DNA of 64,000 nt, taken from assembly GCF_035084215.1 (NCBI RefSeq), contig NC_090368.1, positions 5,332,001-5,396,000 on the forward strand. The letters are read 5' to 3'. Made by a program: the position numbers and the translations under genes. Below the pieces are notes generated by a model. The model was not told the DNA's origin. It did no database searches and saw only the letters and a program-made list of their open reading frames with translations. Below are positions 36,561 to 48,582 of this stretch, one piece after another. Position 1 is the first letter of the stretch; each line of letters starts with the position of its first letter. The stretch comes from Heptranchias perlo (taxonomy: Eukaryota).

Positions 36561-36968
36561 TGTTAGATACAGAGTAAAGCTCCCTCTACACTGTCCCGTC
36601 AAACACTCCCAGGGGCAGGTACAGGGTTAGAGACAGAGTAAAGCTCCCTCTACACCGTCCCATCAAACACTCCCAGGGCAGGTACAGGGTTAGATACAGA
36701 GTAAAGCTCCCTCTACACTGTCCCATCAAACACTCCCAGGGCAGGTACAGGGTTAGATACAGAGTAAAGCTCCCTCTACACTGTCCCATCAAACACTCCC
36801 AGGGTAGGTATAGGGTTAGAGACAGAGTAAAGCTCCCTCTACACTGTCCCATCAAACACTCCCAGGGCAGGTACAGGGTTAGATACAGAGTAAAGCTCCC
36901 TCTACACTGTCCCATCAAACACTCCCAGGGCAGGTACAGGGTTAGATACAGAGTAAAGCTCCCTCTAC
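36561..36968 (+). repeat. 63-bp satellite array (about 6-7 units)
   Basis: Same unit. Confidence 0.95.
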
Positions 36969-37235
36969 CTTCTGGTAATTTGCTCAAGTGCTCATTCTTC
37001 AAGTGGTGAGGCTAGACAGGCGAGTGGCAATTCGACCGTGGGGGGCTTCACAGAACTAGCCCATTCCTCCAAACGCCTGCCGGGTTAATGATGAGCCGCT
37101 CCGCACCCCCCCCCCCCCCCCCCCCCCCCCATCAACTAGGAGCACCGAGGCCCGACTCCCAGTGCTGCCCAGGCCCAGCGAGCCACTCCCGAGCTGTCGG
37201 AACGGCCCTCAGTTCCCTCACCCGGGACGTCCCAC

Positions 37236-37392
37236 CTCGTTTCTCGCCGGTGAAGGGTATCAGGTCCTCGCGGTCCTCCGCCTCCATGGCCTGCTTCTCC
37301 AGGTAGCCCAGCAGCTGGTCTCGGTCGTAGGGCCCAGTCGGAACCTTCTTCGTCTGGTCCTTCTGACGCATGCCGGCCGGCAGGAGGGCGTT
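37236..37392 (-). CDS. TMOD4: TMOD4 coding exon 2
   Basis: NALLPAGMRQKDQTKKVPTGPYDRDQLL...PFTGEKR; AG/GT ends; 157 nt. Confidence 0.93.
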
Positions 37393-37629
37393 CTGTCGAG
37401 GGGTGGGGGGGGGGGGAACGGAGAGAGGTGTTAGGTTGGCGTGGCCTGGCGGTCCCTGAACAAGGGCGCCCCTCCACCGGCCCCCACCTCACACGCAGGA
37501 GGGCAGGGTGGGAGAAGGAAAGAATGTGGCTATTCGGCCGCAGGAGGCGTCGCGGTCAAGCCCGCTCCTCCCGTCACCTGATGTCCACACCCGCTCTCCA
37601 ACAGGTGTGACACTGGACAACGACCAGGA

Positions 37630-38050
37630 AGAAAGAATTTGCATTTCTATAGCGCCTTTCACCACCTCAGGATGTCCCAAAGCGCTTTACAGCCAATGAA
37701 GTACTTTTGAAGTTTAGTCACTGTTGTAATGTAGGAAACGGAGCAGCCAATTTGCGCACAGCAAGATCCCACAAACAGCAATGTGATAAATGACCGGATC
37801 ATCTGTTTTTTTTTAGTGATGTTGGTTGAGGGATAAATATCGGCCCCCAGGACACCGGGGAGAACTCCCCCCTGCTCTTCTTCCAATAGTGGCCGTGGGA
37901 TCTTTTACGTCCACCCGAGAGGGGCAGACGGGGCCCTCGGTTTAACGTCTCCTCCGAAAGACGGGCACCTCCGACAGTGCAGCACTCCCTCAGCACTGGC
38001 AGTGGCGAGTGTGGGCCTGGATTACGGGCTCGAGTCTCTGGAGTGGGGAC
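37630..38050 (-). mobile_element. Deu-domain SINE
   Basis: Family match. Confidence 0.83.
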
Positions 38051-38254
38051 TGACCGCGTCTCCCACATTACAACAGTGACTACACTCCAAAAATTGGCTG
38101 TAAAACGCTTTGGGGCGTCCTGAGGTTGTGAAAGGCGCTATATAAATGCAAGGACTTCCTAGGAAATTTATTTTCAACAGGTCGGCCAACTCTTCAACCT
38201 CCTCCTTCCCACCCCTCTGTCACCATCGTCCCCGCCATCCGAACCATTCCTCAC

Positions 38255-38371
38255 CTCCGGGTCCATTTCTGTCAGATCGTAGTCCAGCTGCTCGAGCTCG
38301 TGCTCCGAGAGCTGCCCGAGGATTTGGTCCTCGTCGATGTTCAGGTACTTCTCCATCTCGAGATGCGCCAT
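38255..38371 (-). CDS. TMOD4: TMOD4 coding exon 1
   Basis: MAHLEMEKYLNIDEDQILGQLSEHELEQLDYDLTEMDPE; donor GTGAGG. The probable acceptor for the UTR part is at 38447 (tgtttccgacAG). Confidence 0.92.
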
Positions 38372-38639
38372 TGCCGATCTGTGGGGCTCCCCCTGGATTT
38401 AAGGCAGTGTCGTTCTGTGCTCTCGGCAGCCGAAGGACTCCTCGCCCTGTCGGAAACAGCAAACGGACGGATGGGAACGGGAGCGTTAGCGTTACTGGTC
38501 CAAAGTTCGCGGGTTCGAGTCCCACCGTGGCAAGTTAGAACCGTACAGCACAGAAGGAGGCCATTCGGCCCATCATGCCCGTGTCAACTCTTTGAAAGAG
38601 CTGCCCAATTGGTCCCGCTCCCCGTAGCCCCTGCTCGCT

Positions 38640-40840
38640 CGCCTCTGAGTCAGGAGCTCGCGGGTTCGAGCCCCCACTCCAGAGACTCGGGCACAAAATC
38701 CAGGCCGACGCTCCCAGTGGCAGCACTGAGGGAGTGCCGCACTGTCGGAGGTGCCGTCTTTCGGATGAGACGTTAAACAGGTGCCCCTCTCGGGTGGACG
38801 TAAAAGATCCCCCGGCCACTATTTCGAAGAAGAGTTCTCCCCGGTGCCCGGGGGCTAATCCCTCAACCAACATCACCAAAACAGATGATCTGATCAAACA
38901 GGGGACTCTCGGGGGGGAGGAACTAAATACGATTAAAATCACTCAGGAGATGGTACTCAGTAAAATAATGGGACTCAAGGCGGATAAATCCCCTGGACCT
39001 GATGGCTTCCATCCTAGGGTCTTGAGGGAAGTGGCAGTAGGGATTGTGGATGCTTTGGTGATAGTTTTCCAAAATTCCCTGGACTCAGGAGAGGTCCCGG
39101 CAGATTGGAAAACTGCTAATGTAACACCGTTATTTAAAAAGGGTAGTAGGCAGAAGGCTGGAAATTATAGGCCAGTTAGCTTAACATCTGTGGTGGGTAA
39201 AATTTTGGAGTCTATTATTAAGGAGACAGTAACGGAACATTTGGATAAGCATAATTTAATAGGACAAAGTCAGCATGGCTTTATGAAGGGGAAGTCATAT
39301 CTGACAAATTTGCTTGAGTTCTTCGAGGATATAACGTATAGGGTGGATAAAGGGGAACCAGTGGACGTAGTGTATTTAGACTTCCAGAAGGCATTCGACA
39401 AGGTGCCACATAAAAGATTATTACTTAAGATAAAAAATCACGGGATTGGGGGTAATATTCTGGCATGGGTGGAGGATTGGTTATCAAACAGGAAGCAGAG
39501 AGTTGGGATAAATGGTTCATTTTCGGACTGGCAACCAGTAACCAGTGGTGTTCCACAGGGGTCGGTGCTGGGTCCCCAACTCTTTACAATCTATATTAAC
39601 GATTTGGAGGAGGGGAACCGAGTGCAACATATCAAAATTTGCAGATGATACAAAGATGGGAGGGAAAGTAGAGAGTGAGGAGGACATAAAAAACCTGCAA
39701 GGGGATATAGACAGGCTGGGTGAGTGGGCGGAGACTTGGCAGATGCAATATAATATTGGAAAATGTGAGGTTATGCACTTTGGCAGGAAAAATCAGAGAG
39801 CAAGTTATTTTCTTAATGGCGAGAAACTGGAAAGTACTGCAGTACAAAGGGATCTGGGGGTCCTAGTGCAAGAAAATCAAAAAGTTGGTATGCAGGTGCA
39901 GCAGGTGATCAAGAAAGCCAACGGAATGTTGGCTTTTATTGCTAGGGGGATAGAATATAAAAACAAGGAGGTATTGCTGCAGTTATATAAGGTATTGGTG
40001 AGACCGCACCTGGAATACTGCATACAGTTTTGGTCTCCATACTTAAGAAAAGACATACTTGCTCTCGAGGCAGTACAAAGAAGGTTCACTCGGTTAATCC
40101 CGGGGATGAGGGGGCGGACATATGAGGAGAGGTTGAGTAGATTGGGACTCTACTCATTGGAGTTCAGAAGAATGAGAGGCGATCTTATTGAAACATATAA
40201 GATTGTGAAGGGTCTTGATCGGGTGGATGCAGTAAGGATGTTCCCAAAGATGGGTGAAACTAGAACTAGGGGGCATAATCTTAGAATAAGGGGCTGCTCT
40301 TTCAAAACTGAGATGAGGAGAAACTTCTTCACTCAGAGGGTGGTAGGTCTGTGGAATTTGCTGCCCCAGGAAGCTGTGGAAGCTACATCATTAGATAAAT
40401 TTAAAACAGAAATAGACAGTTTCCTAGAAGTAAAGGGAATTAGGGGTTATGGGGAGCGGGCAGGAAATTGGACATGAAGCTGAGTTCGGATCGGTCAATG
40501 CCCTGTGGGTGGCGGAGAGGGCCCAGGGGCTATGTGGCCGGGTCCTGCTCCGACTTCTTGTGTTCTTTAGATTTGTGGTTGGGATCAGATCAGCCATGAT
40601 CTTATTGAATGGCGGAGCAGGCTCGAGGGGCCGATTGGCCTACTCCTGCTCCAATTTCTTATGTTCTTATGTTCTTATGTTCTTATGCTGTTTGTGGGAT
40701 CTTGCTGTGCGCAAATTGGCTGCTGCGTTTCCCACATTACAACAGTGACCACACTTCAAAAAGTACTTCATTGGTTGCAAAGTGCTTTGGGACGTCCTGA
40801 GGTTGTGAAAGGCGCGACAGAAATGCACGTTTTTTTCTCT
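38640..40840 (+). mobile_element. Deu-domain SINE split by the CR1 insertion (38640-38896 and about 40689-40840)
   Basis: The SINE stops at acagatgatctgatca and resumes at ctgtttgtgggatc after the CR1 tail. Confidence 0.85.
38897..40688 (+). mobile_element. 5'-truncated CR1 LINE with reverse transcriptase (single frameshift near 39615), nested inside a SINE
   Basis: [49 protein letters not shown]; 3' UTR hairpin and (TTCTTATG)n tail. Confidence 0.95.
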
Positions 40841-41577
40841 GTGCTGTAGGTTTCTATAAAAATCTATCGTAAAAAAGCAGTGACTCGACGCCCGAAACTG
40901 CAAGGTTCTGGTCCACTGATAAGACAGAGGGGCAGTCACCGCGATCAGATCGTACACAACCTGGAGAGAGGCCCAGCTGGTAGGCTGAGATAGCTGGGCT
41001 GGTCACAGGAGACTCCCTGGCCTGTGCAAATCGGGTCAGAGAGGTCACAAACCCCTCCTAAATACGCCTGGCCTGACCGACGTCCGGGCCCTAATCCCCC
41101 TCACGTTCGCACCCCTCCCAAAACCCTCTCTCGGGTGCCCTGGGGGCCAATATTTATCCCTCAACAAACATCATTCAAAAAAAAAACCAGATGATCTGGG
41201 TCATTTATCGCATGGCTGTTTGTGGGATCTTGCTGTGCGCAAAATCGGCTGCTGCGTCTCCCACATCACAACAGTGACTGCACTTCGAAAAAAAAAGGTG
41301 CTTCATCGGCCGTAAAGGGCTTTTGAGGTCGTGAAAGGGGCAATAGAAATCCTTTAGCCTTTTCTTGTGGCCTCCTGAGACGAGTGGGAAAAGTGAAACC
41401 GCCATTTTGGTTTTTTTTAAAACCGCGGCTTTCTGGAGAATAAACTTCTTGAAAATAAAATATAGAAGGCCGGGGGGGGGGGAACAAAACTCGCGATTTA
41501 AAGTCTGACTAAAGTTGGGGACAAATCGTCGATTAAAACTGGGCCTGAATTTTGGAAGACTGGAACCGAGGAGCAGT

Positions 41578-41929
41578 GGGGTTGCCAACTCTCCAGGGTT
41601 GGCCCTGGAGTCTCCAGGAATTGCAGATTAAACTCCAGGACGCTGCAGGGGGCAAAAAACAAAAAGCCCCGGGGGAAAAAAAAAAATCAAAGCGATCGTC
41701 ACTAATAAAACTTGCTTTGAACACTTTGGTTTTACCGGTGATCAAAATGTCTTGTGTTGGGGAATGGACTGTTTGACTGACAGTCGAGAGGAGTCAGATT
41801 GGCCGTGGGAAGGCGGGGCTCCGAGATGATGGGCATGTCGGGCGACCAATGGCGGGAGAGTGGCGGGGCGGGGTGGTTGACCATGTGACGAGACCTCCAG
41901 GAATACCTCCAGCCAGAGTTGGCAACCCT
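41578..41929. mobile_element. Non-autonomous DNA transposon (MITE) with hAT/Blackjack-like TIRs
   Basis: GGGTTGCCAACTCT (41579-41592) and AGAGTTGGCAACCC (41915-41928) are perfect inverted repeats, with internal CTCCAGG subterminal motifs. No clear TSD. Confidence 0.62.
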
Positions 41930-42920
41930 TGCCTCAGCTCGGTCAGACTCCGCGGAACTGCTCCCAGTGCAGTACCGAGGGAGTGCTGCACTGTCGGAGG
42001 TGCCGACGAGACAGTCAATCTTGAACCTGGATCTTTAAAACGATGAAGGGGTTCGTGGGGTCTCCGCTTGTGGGAGGGGGGTCATAAATATAAGATAATC
42101 TCCAATGGGGAATTCAGGAGAAACTTCTTCACCCAGAGAGTGGTGAGAATGTGGAACTCACTCCCACATGGAGTGGTTGAGGCGAATATGGATTTAAGAG
42201 GGAGAAAGGAATAGAAGCATAGCGTTGAGATGCATTAAATTCTACGTTAAACCGTCTGCCCTCTCAGGTGGGCGTAAAAGGATCCCAGGGCCACTATTTG
42301 GAAACAATTGCCCCTCAAGGTCTCTTTTCGCACGGTGGCGCCTGTCCCTTTAAATAAGACGTTCAGATGGAGAATTCAGGTCACCAGAAGTGCCACAAAT
42401 ATTCAGACCTTACAACACGCCTCGAACTGAACTGGCATCCCTGCTTGCAAGCCAAAAAAAATAAATAATAGCCACAGCAAGAATAAATCCACGCAAAAAA
42501 AGGACCTTTCCCTTTGCAGTTTTAACAGCAAGCAAACATGTTTCAAAGTTAAACCAGCTTTAAATTTAACCCCAGAAAGTTAAAGCCAACTCTGTCGCTT
42601 TAAATGTTCATCAGCCAATACAAAAAGTTGTCGACCATATAAAGTCTGAGCTGGCTGCCTAACACAGAGGCAAGTGTCGAATAGATAACTTAATGCAATA
42701 AACTAGAAAAAGAAATGAAGATAAGAAGACACGTTTTGCAAAAACAAAATCGACTTAAATTTCATTCCCACTTTTTTTTTTGCAACTGACGCACAACTGA
42801 CAAGATAAAAGTTTCCCAGTCGATTTCAACCCCTGCTGAAATAATGCAAAAAAAAAGAAAAAGGTTAATTGTACTTTAGATTACAAACGTGATATTATTG
42901 AAGAGTTTTAGTGGGCTTAC

Positions 42921-43010
42921 CCGAGCCTCCAGGGTGCAAATGGAAGGTTTGTCCGCTGATTGCAGGGAGGAGGAGGAGGGTCAGGGCTGGTCGCGGACTC
43001 TTGTCAAATC
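42921..43010 (-). other. Candidate non-coding first exon of TMOD4
   Basis: G|GTAAGC donor at 42920 in unique sequence upstream of the first coding exon. The 5' boundary is a guess. Confidence 0.25.
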
Positions 43011-43214
43011 AGCAATTACTCATCTGGGATCAAATTCACAAAAGCCCATGGGGAATCTAATGTAAGGAGTTGCCATCTAGCGGCTGCGCCGGCTCAGGGC
43101 CCGATTTATCAATGATGCCTAAAGGAAAAAGCAGTTCCCCTTTGCATATTGGAGGACGGAAATTCCTTTTTTACAAATAAAAATGGAAAAGAGTTGAGAA
43201 ATTAATGTTTGGAG

Positions 43215-44800
43215 GGGAGGAATGGGACTGAGGGGAGGGTTCTTTCAGAGGGCGAGCACGGGGGCGATGGGCCGAATGGGGAATGGGACTGAGGGGAGGG
43301 TTCTTTTGGAGGGAGAGCACAGGGGGTGATGGGCCGAATGGGGAATGGGACTGAGGGGAGGGTTCTTTCAGAGGGCGAGCACGGGGGCGATGGGCCGAGT
43401 GGGGAATGGGACTGAGGGGAGGGTTCTTTCGGAGGAAGAGCACGGGGGCGACGGGCCGAATGGGGAATGGGACTGAGGGGAGGGTTCTTTCGGAGGGAGA
43501 GCACGGGGGCGACGGGCCGAATGGGGAATGGGACTGAGGGGAGAGTTCTTTCGGAGGGAGAGTACAGGGGCGATGGGCCGAATGGGGAATGGGACTGAGG
43601 GGAGGGTTCTTTTGGAGGGAGAGCACGGGGGCGACGGGCCGAATGGGGAATGGGACTGAGGGGAGGGTTCTTTTGGAGGGAGAGCACGGGGGTGACGGGC
43701 CGAATGGGAAATGGGACTGAGGGGAGGGTTCTTTCGGAGGGAGAGCATAGAGGCGACGGGCCGAATGGGGAATGGGACTGAGGGGAGGGTTCTTTCGGAG
43801 GGAGAGCACGGGGCGATGGGCCGAATGGGGAATGGGACTGAGGGGAGGGTTCTTTCGGAGGGAGAGCACGGGGGCGACGGGCCGAATGGGGAATGGGACT
43901 GAGGGGAGAGTTCTTTCGGAGGGAGAGTACAGGGGCGATGGGCCGAATGGGGAATGGGACTGAGGGGAGAGTTCTTTCGGAGGGAGAGCACGGGGGCGAC
44001 GGGCAGAATGGGGAATGGGACTGAGGGGAGAGTTCTTTCGGAGGGAGAGTACAGGGGCGATGGGCCGAATGGGGAATGGGACTGAGGGGAGGGTTCTTTG
44101 GGAGGGAGAGCACGGGGGCGACGGGCCGAATGGGGAATGGGACTGAGGGGAGAGTTCTTTCGGAGGGCGAGCACGGGGGCGATGGGCCGAATGGGGAATG
44201 GGACTGAGGGGAGGGTTCTTTCGGAGGGAGAGCACTGGGCGATGGGCCGAATGGGGAATGGGACTGAGGGGAGGGTTCTTTCGGAGGGAGAGTACAGGGG
44301 CGATGGGCCGAATGGGGAATGGGACTGAGGGGAGAGTTCTTTCGGAGGGAGAGCACGGGGGCGACGGGCAGAATGGGGAATGGGACTGAGGGGAGAGTTC
44401 TTTCGGAGGGAGAGTACAGGGGCGATGGGCCGAATGGGGAATGGGACTGAGGGGAGGGTTCTTTGGGAGGGAGAGCACGGGGGCGACGGGCCGAATGGGG
44501 AATGGGACTGAGGGGAGAGTTCTTTCGGAGGGCGAGCACGGGGGCGATGGGCCGAATGGGGAATGGGACTGAGGGGAGGGTTCTTTCGGAGGGAGAGCAC
44601 GGGGGCGACGGGCCGAATGGGAAATGGGACTGAGGGGAGGGTTCTTTCGGAGGGAGAGCACGGGGGCGACGGGCCGAATGGGGAATGGGACTGAGGGGAG
44701 GGTTCTTTCGGAGGGAGAGCACGGGGGCGACGGGCCGAATGGGGAATGGGACTGAGGGGAGGGTTCTTTCGGAGGGGGAGCACGGGGGCGATGGGCCGAA
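43215..44800 (+). repeat. 61-bp G-rich minisatellite (about 26 units) related to the CR1 3' UTR
   Basis: Unit gaatggggaatgggactgaggggagggttctttcggagggagagcacgggggcgacgggcc; the array runs out into the CR1 tail gaatggactccttctgtgctg. Confidence 0.95.
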
Positions 44801-45074
44801 TGGACTCCTTCTGTGCTGCAAAATTTGATGGTTCCATTGAAAGGAACAGTTGCATTCCCTCTCATCCCGTAACCTGTTCCCACACTGATTCCCGCTCACC
44901 AATCTCCCCCCCCCCGCGTGCTGATCTCCGTTGGTTTCCTCAGATCATTGACTTCAAGATCAAACTCCTCCTTTGCAAATCTCTCCACAGCCGCGCTCCT
45001 CCCTATTGCTACGGAAATTGAACCCTCCCTTTGACCCTGCTCACGACCCCAGTTCCTCCACCTCACGCCCTACC

Positions 45075-45540
45075 CCGCTCTCCCGCTCGCCTGGATGAGT
45101 GCAGCTCCCACAACACTCGAGAAGCTCGACACCATCCAGGGCAAAGCAGCCCGCTCGATCGGCACCCCCTCCACCGCCCTAAACATTCACTCCCTTCACC
45201 ACCGGCGCACCGTGGCTGCAGTGTGTACCATCCACAGGATGAACTGTAGCAACTCGCCAAGGCTTCTTCGACAGCAAACCCGCGACCTCTACTACCTAGA
45301 AGGACAAGGGCAGCAGGCACATGGGAACAACACCACCTGCACGTTCCCCTCCAAGTCACACACCATCCCGACTTGGAAATATATCGGCCGATCCTTCATC
45401 GTCGCTGGGTCAAAATCCTGGAACTCCCTTCCTAACAGCACTGTGGGAGAACCTTCACCACACGGACTGCAGCGGTTCAAGAAGGCGGCTCACCACCACC
45501 TTCTCAAGGGGCAATTAGGGGATGAGCAATAAATGCCCAC
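45075..45540 (+). mobile_element. Non-LTR retrotransposon ORF2 C-terminal fragment (distinct CR1/Jockey-group family)
   Basis: KLDTIQGKAAR...SLHHRRTVAAVCTIH...KSWNSLP; AATAAA at the 3' end. Confidence 0.75.
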
Positions 45541-45814
45541 ATCCCCGAGAATTAATTTCTTTCAAATCCACCGTTGTCAGATCAGCTCATGAATCCTCAC
45601 CCGAAACCCATCTCTCCGTCTGGTCGGCCTCACCTTTTGCCATCCTGCCCTCTATTGGGCTCAGTCGGTACTCCACTCCCACCGTCTCTGGCCCCCAACA
45701 GAGTCGCAGGTTCGAATCCCACCCCAGGACTTCGGCACACCAGGCAGGCTGGCATTCCACCGAGGGAGTGCTGCACCGTCGGAAACGCCCAGGAGCGGGG
45801 AAAAATCTTCATCC

Positions 45815-46910
45815 CGCCTCCCACCCTCCGTAAGCTCCAGCTCATCTGCTGCCCCCGTATCCTAACTCGCGCCCAGTCCCGTTCACCCATCACCCACCCT
45901 GTGCTCGCTGGACCTACATCGGCTCCCGGTCCGGCAACGCCTCGATTTTAAAATTCTCGTTCAATTCCCTCCGTGGCCCCCCCTCTCCCTATCTCTGTAA
46001 CCTCCTCCAGCCCCTACAACCCTCCGAGATCTCTGCGCTCCTCCGATTCCGGCCTCTTGCGCGTCCCCCGATTTCCCATCGCTCCGCCGTTGGCGGCCGC
46101 GCCTTCAGCCGCCTGGGCCCTAAGCTCTGGAATTCCCTCCCTAAACCTCTCCGCCTCTCTCTCCTCCTTTAAGACGCTCCTTAAAACCTCCCTCTTTGAC
46201 CAACCTGTCCTAATGTCTCCTTACGCGGCTCGGTCTCAAGTTCTGTTTGATAATCTCTCCTGCGACTTCTTACTACGTTAAAGGCGCTGGATAAATGCAA
46301 GGTGTTGTTGGGCTGGATTTGAGGCCCCAGAGGCGAAAGGGCAGTGTCTCACTGCCTCACCCAGTCCCCAATATACGTTGCCTGTCCTGTTGGGACTGCC
46401 TCTCTGCACTTCAGAATTCCTGGAGCAAATGGCTGTGTGGCATTGTTCATTGTGGTGCAACTGTGCCACCTGCTGACTGTCCCATGGCACTGCAAGGGGC
46501 ATGAGCCCTTCTGCTGGAAGCCGGTCTGTCTTACTCAGATACGACTTTCATTATATAGCGCCTTTAACGTCCCCAAGGCCCTTCACGGGAGCGTAAATCA
46601 GACAAAATTTGACACCGAGCCACATAAGGAGATATTAGGACAGGTGACCAAAAGCTTGGCCGAAGAGGGAGGTTTTAAGGAGCGTCTTAAAAGGAGGAGA
46701 GAGAGGCGGAGAGGTTTAGGGAGGGAATTCCAGAGCTTAGGGCCCGGGCGGCAGAAGGCACGGCCGCCAATGGCGGGACGATGGAAATCGGGGGACGCGC
46801 GCAAGAGGCCGGAATTGGAGGAGCGCGGAGATCTCGGAGGGTTGGAGGAGGTTACAGAGATGGGGGGGGCGCGAGGCCACGGAGAGGGTTTGAACAGGAG
46901 GATGAGAATT
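45815..46910. mobile_element. Two L2-clade LINE 3' ends, tail-to-tail (45815-46310 +, 46545-46910 -)
   Basis: Same family sequence in both orientations. Confidence 0.83.
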
Positions 46911-47150
46911 ATACGGCTTCAGTTTCTGAAATGCTCCCTGCAGACACAGGCCTGGTGTCAATGGGCAGACTGTAGAATCGTATCACTGGATGTTTCTCTC
47001 AGTTCAGGTTGGTGTCAGATGAAGGCTCCACACACTCACTATTACACTTCACAGAAACCACAGTGACACCATCACAGGTTGGTTACAAAATATATTTATG
47101 TACAAAAATGTTCTAGTTCTTATCTGGACAGCTCTGATTTTTATATATTT

Positions 47151-47156
47151 TTTATT
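47151..47156 (-). terminator. Probable VPS72 polyadenylation signal AATAAA
   Basis: TTTATT on the + strand in an AT-rich patch about 840 nt past the stop codon. Confidence 0.5.
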
Positions 47157-47212
47157 TTTAACTTTTTTTAAAAAAAAGTCATCAATATGAGTCACTTTTC
47201 AGTTCAGACACA

Positions 47213-47658
47213 ATGTCCCATCAAACACTCCCAGGGCAGGTACAGGGTTAGTTACAGAGTAAAGCTCCCTCTACACTGTCCCGTCAAACACTCCCAGGGC
47301 AGGTACAGGGTTAGATACAGAGTAAAGCTCCCTCTACACTGTCCCATCAAACACTCCCAGGGCAGGTACAGGGTTAGATACAGAGTAAAGCTCCCTCTAC
47401 ACTGTCCCGTCAAACACTCCCAGGGCAGGTACAGGGTTAGATACAGAGTAAAGCTCCCTCTACACTGTCCCATCAAACACTCCCAGGGCAGGTACAGGGT
47501 TAGATACAGAGTAAAGCTCCCTCTACACTGTCCCGTCAAACACTCCCAGGGCAGGTACAGGGTTAGATACAGAGTAAAGCTCCCTCTACACTGTCCCATT
47601 AAACACTCCCAGGGCAGGTACAGGGTTAGATACAGAGTAAAGCTCCCTCTACACTGTC
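47213..47658 (+). repeat. 63-bp satellite array (about 7 units) in the probable VPS72 3' UTR
   Basis: Same unit. Confidence 0.95.
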
Positions 47659-47991
47659 TCAATGACGTTTCCTGGTGCCAAATTGCTGATTGGCCCCACT
47701 GTTCCGTTTCCCACACCAGCCATCCTGCGGTCTCTCAGCCTCGCACCAAACGAGGGCGGCCCGTGAACCCTGGGCCCTTGGCAACCGGCTGGCGAGAAGC
47801 CTGGAACCCAATGCATGTCTGTCAGCGGGTAGAGGAGATCCCGCATTCCCGTCGCGTCCGTCCGGGCCGGGAAGTCACCCCCAGCTCCTTTTCCAGAGTC
47901 AGTCTTCCTTCCCTTAAAGGCACAGTCCCCCTGCCCCATGCCCCCCCCACCTCCCCTCCCTCCCCCCCCCCCCCCGGGCACGGCGAGCGCC

Positions 47992-48370
47992 TCAGGTGGG
48001 CGGCACGGCCTGTTTGATGATGATTTTCTGCCGGGTGCGGGTGGCGGTGGCGGCAGGGTCAGTCTGGGCGCTGCCAGGGGCGTTGGGCAGCCCGTGGGCG
48101 GTGATGTACTTCTTGTAGGCCTCGCGGATGATCTTGAAGGCTCGCACGTTGGCGTAAGGGATGTCGGTGATGGGGTCGCGGTAGAGGGCCGGCTTGTGGG
48201 TGACCGGGCACAGCTCCCTGGCTGGCACCTTGGGCGGCCTGGGCCGGGGGAAGGAGCTCTCGAAGGTGGCGTCGTCGCTGAAGGTGACAAAGTTGCGCAG
48301 GCATCTGCCCACGGGCGCCAACACGGCCAGCTGCGGCGCCTCGGCTACCGGCTGAGGCTCGTGGTCCAAT
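47992..48370 (-). CDS. VPS72: VPS72 exon 6 (YL1_C domain, stop)
   Basis: ctccgccAG; LDHEP...RNFVTFSDDATF...AFKIIREAYKKYITAHGLP...RQKIIIKQAVPPT*. Confidence 0.94.
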
Positions 48371-48582
48371 CTGGCGGAGGGAGGGAGGGAAGAAAGAAAC
48401 GGGAAAGCTTACTGATTTGCTTCTCTCCCCCCACCACCCCGGACCCCCAAATAGCAACATGGGAATGACTTTCAAACCTGAGATTGATCGATTTTTGTTG
48501 GCTGAGGGTATTAAGGGTTCGGGAACCAAGGCGGGTAAATGGAGTTAAGATACAGATCAGCCATGATCTAATTGAATGGCGG

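Larger units (their letters stand above)
25555..38371 (-). other. TMOD4: TMOD4 gene span (tropomodulin 4), 9 coding exons, 348 aa
   Basis: complement join(38255-38371,37236-37392,36319-36444,32942-33031,31190-31326,30079-30186,27839-27982,26535-26679,25555-25577) = 1047 nt with consistent phases. Tropomodulin motifs are present. The paralogue is assigned from LMSNKQYYDAL and from its position between SCNM1 and VPS72. Confidence 0.93.

Noticed and set aside
38734-40477. Active reverse transcriptase gene
   Set aside because: 5'-truncated (no endonuclease or ORF1) and frameshifted near 39615; the ORF start lies in SINE sequence.
43171-44902. ORFs of 495-570 aa
   Set aside because: Translations of the 61-bp VNTR; the same peptides cycle through all three frames.
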